A DNA stretch of 19,143 nucleotides. Origin: Thermodesulfobacteriota bacterium. GTDB taxonomy: Bacteria > Desulfobacterota > Desulfobulbia > Desulfobulbales > SURF-16. Made by a program: the position numbers and the translations under genes. Every line of letters starts with the position of its first letter. The first letter of the stretch is position 1. Under the pieces are notes generated by a model. The model saw nothing but the letters and a program-made list of their open reading frames with translations, searched no databases and was not told the origin of the DNA. Positions 15,479-19,143 of this stretch are shown in pieces. The stretch is from positions 1 to 19,143 of the forward strand of contig JBDLIE010000051.1 of NCBI GenBank assembly GCA_039715015.1. Direction: 5' to 3'.

Positions 15479-16768
15479 ATGTATAAAAAAAATTCCCTAA
15501 AAGCCATGAAACGCTCCCATTCCTCGCTGCCACCCTTTGCGGCTTGTCTGCAAATTGATGTTACCTCGCAGCCCGCGGTGAATTTCAAGCAGATACGAGA
15601 GGGCCTTGCCCAGCTTGCTCCGCAGCCTGCTACCCTCATTGTTCTGCCGGAACTGTGGCTGCACGGGTTTGACTATACGAACCTGCAAGAGCAAGCCGGC
15701 CAGACCGCCCACGTTCTTGGTCAGCTGCGTGAATTGGCGGCGGAATACGCAATTGTTCTGGCTGGCTCGCTTCCAGAAGCCGAGCAGGACCAGGTCTTTA
15801 ACACCCTGTTTATCATTAATGAACATGGCGTTGCCGGGCGCTACCGGAAACAGCACCTTTTTAATCCCTTGCAGGAAGATAGCCATTTTAACCCGGCTGA
15901 TAGCTTGGAGATGAAGATGTGTGAAGATGCACGGCTGGGCGGCTTGGTCTGCTATGATCTGCGTTTTCCAGAGCTGGCCCGTATTCAGGTCCAGCAGGGT
16001 GCCGAGGTTCTTGTTGTTTGCGGCCAATGGCCCCAAGCCCGGATCAGCCACTGGCGCCTTCTTCTTCAGGCCCGGGCTGTGGAAAATCAGGTCTTTGTCG
16101 TGGCCTGTAACAGGGTTGGGGAAAGTGGTGAAACCAGTTTCGGTGGCCACTCGATGATTATCGCCCCGGACGGGACCATTCTCCAGGAGGCGGGCGACGA
16201 AAGTCAGGTCATCGGCGCCGATCTGGCTGTGGATATGCCCGGCCAGGTGCGTAGCCGTTTTAATAGCGTTGCGCCAAGGCCTTGGCGTCTGGCTGATAAA
16301 AGCAAATTTGCCGATCTGGCCGCGCTGACCAAAACGGTGAGCATATATAAGGAATGCGGTCAGAAGGTGGTTTTTACCAACGGCTGCTTTGATATCCTCC
16401 ACGAAGGACACGTCACCTACCTGGAGGCGGCCCGTAAGCAGGGCGATCGCCTTATTGTCGGGCTTAACAGTGATTCGTCCATCCAGGCCATCAAGGGACC
16501 TAAGCGGCCCGTGAACAAGGAATCAAGCCGGGCCCGGCTGCTGGCCGGCCTGGGCTGCGTCGACCATATTGTCGTTTTTTCCGATGACACTCCCTTGGAA
16601 CTCATCACCACCCTCATGCCCGATGTCCTGATCAAGGGAGCTGACTGGCCCATTGATCAGATTGTCGGTGCCAAGGAGGTGCAGGCCGCAGGCGGCGAGG
16701 TGAAGACCATCGAGTTTGTCGGGGATTTTTCCACCACTGGTCTTATCGAAAAAATTCGCCAAAAATAA
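15479..16768 (+). CDS. fusion protein: carbon-nitrogen hydrolase (YafV/omega-amidase-like) + RfaE domain II-type D-beta-D-heptose-1-phosphate adenylyltransferase
   Basis: The N-terminal ~270 aa carry the CN-hydrolase Glu-Lys-Cys triad context (LIVLPELW; GRYRKQHLF; [12 protein letters not shown]), plus [23 protein letters not shown]. The C-terminal ~140 aa read [46 protein letters not shown]......LIKGADW...GGEV, which is the HxGH nucleotidyltransferase motif and the HldE C-domain pattern. The start could be 15479 or the ATG at 15506. Confidence 0.8.
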   Translation: MYKKNSLKAMKRSHSSLPPFAACLQIDVTSQPAVNFKQIREGLAQLAPQPATLIVLPELWLHGFDYTNLQEQAGQTAHVLGQLRELAAEYAIVLAGSLPEAEQDQVFNTLFIINEHGVAGRYRKQHLFNPLQEDSHFNPADSLEMKMCEDARLGGLVCYDLRFPELARIQVQQGAEVLVVCGQWPQARISHWRLLLQARAVENQVFVVACNRVGESGETSFGGHSMIIAPDGTILQEAGDESQVIGADLAVDMPGQVRSRFNSVAPRPWRLADKSKFADLAALTKTVSIYKECGQKVVFTNGCFDILHEGHVTYLEAARKQGDRLIVGLNSDSSIQAIKGPKRPVNKESSRARLLAGLGCVDHIVVFSDDTPLELITTLMPDVLIKGADWPIDQIVGAKEVQAAGGEVKTIEFVGDFSTTGLIEKIRQK

Positions 16769-16864
16769 GGGACTTTTTCAGGCTTCTTTTAAAGGGTATC
16801 CTTCCCTGTTATCTCTTTGATATCGAAGCTTTTTTTAAATTTTTTAAAAAAAATACTTTCCTGT

Positions 16865-16894
16865 CTTGATTTTTCAAATGGCTATCCCTATTGT
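16865..16894 (+). promoter_or_regulatory. possible sigma-32-type heat-shock promoter upstream of groES
   Basis: CTTGAT (16865-16870), then 15 nt, then CCCTATTGT (16886-16894), compared with the consensus CTTGAA-N13-15-CCCCATNT. It sits about 250 nt upstream of groES, which is far, so the call is weak. Confidence 0.25.
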
Positions 16895-17146
16895 ATCGCC
16901 TCATGCAGGGAAAAAAGACCGAGTAACTTTGTCTTTTCCTTGCTTTTTTTTATGCGGAAGGCTGGCCAGTCCTTCACATGCGGCCAGTATATTTTGGTTT
17001 AATTTTGATGGCCTCGCAAAAAGTTCGGTACGGCCACCTGTACAGTGGCTATCGAACTGATTGAACGTCACATGGTTTTGGTGCCAGTGGCTTTTTACCT
17101 GAGCATCAATTTTCTCTATCTAACAACTCTTATATGGAGGCAGTAC

Positions 17147-17434
17147 ATGAAGATTCGTCCTTTAAACGATCGCATCCTTGTTAAACGTATGGCTAGCGAA
17201 GAAATGTCCGCTGGCGGCATTATCATTCCTGACAGCGCCAAGGAAAAGCCTGCTGAGGGCGAAATTGTTGCTGTTGGCCCCGGCAAGCTCAACGAAAAAG
17301 GTGAGCGTGTGGCCATGGATGTTAAAGTTGGCGATATGGTTCTGTTTTCCAAGTATGGCGGCACCGACATCAAGCTTGACGGTGAAGACTTTCTGATCAT
17401 GCGTGAAGACGACATCCTCGGGGTGGTTGAATAA
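17147..17434 (+). CDS. groES: co-chaperonin GroES
   Basis: [14 protein letters not shown]...[24 protein letters not shown].... It is 95 aa, with GGAGG at 17136-17140 upstream of the ATG at 17147. The upstream part of the tracked ORF (17045-17146) is not coding. Confidence 0.95.
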   Translation: MKIRPLNDRILVKRMASEEMSAGGIIIPDSAKEKPAEGEIVAVGPGKLNEKGERVAMDVKVGDMVLFSKYGGTDIKLDGEDFLIMREDDILGVVE

Positions 17435-17470
17435 GACCTCTGTCTCATTTAATCAAACCTTCTGACTTAA

Positions 17471-19143
<1,673 letters not shown>

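Noticed and set aside
15497-16411. 304-aa minus-strand ORF. Similar long antisense ORFs occur at 7735-8427, 13847-14371, 5627-6103, 3797-4273 and 12385-12952.
   Set aside because: Each is antisense to a gene with clear family motifs (CN-hydrolase fusion, tgt, pit, the tri-domain gene, selD). None has recognisable motifs of its own, so all are treated as shadow ORFs.
16817-17146. Small ORFs upstream of groES (16817-17002, 16866-17060) and the 5' part of ORF 17045-17434
   Set aside because: They lie in low-complexity A/T-rich leader sequence, with no SD and no recognisable motifs. GroES clearly starts at 17147, which has a GGAGG.

Overview
This 19.1-kb chromosomal window has moderate-to-high GC. 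It probably comes from an anaerobic Desulfobacterota-like bacterium, but that taxonomic guess is low-confidence inference. Most genes are housekeeping: mutM/fpg, rph, tgt, yajC, a U32-family gene, gpsA, selD, a DUF47/PhoU-like gene with a PiT phosphate transporter, groES and groEL (truncated at the 3' edge). I saw no rRNA, tRNA or CRISPR array. Five things stand out. (1) A roughly 1,047-1,078 aa single polypeptide on the minus strand (3329-6469/6565) fuses three parts: a radical-SAM domain (CNLSCEHC), an ArsM-type As(III) SAM-methyltransferase domain with the YGCG / NCVINL / GECLGGA cysteines, and a Cys/His-rich C-terminal zinc-ribbon + HGPEHH domain. The last two parts are joined by a linker with four vicinal CC pairs, and a small DUF2721-like membrane protein follows. 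This is my best candidate for an undescribed metalloid or organoarsenical-modifying system. (2) selD is a selenoprotein. Its true start (11984) and an in-frame UGA (12020-12022) lie upstream of the tracked ORF. (3) An A/T-rich GIY-YIG nuclease gene sits in a roughly 540-bp cassette bounded by 22-bp inverted repeats and filled with copies of a CTGAGCTTGTCGAAGG palindromic repeat. (4) A second REP/MITE-like family with GTAGGAGC...GCTCCTAC ends occurs in three intergenic regions. (5) An unusual fusion joins a YafV-like carbon-nitrogen hydrolase to an RfaE-II heptose-1-phosphate adenylyltransferase. All family assignments rest on motif recognition by eye; no searches were run.
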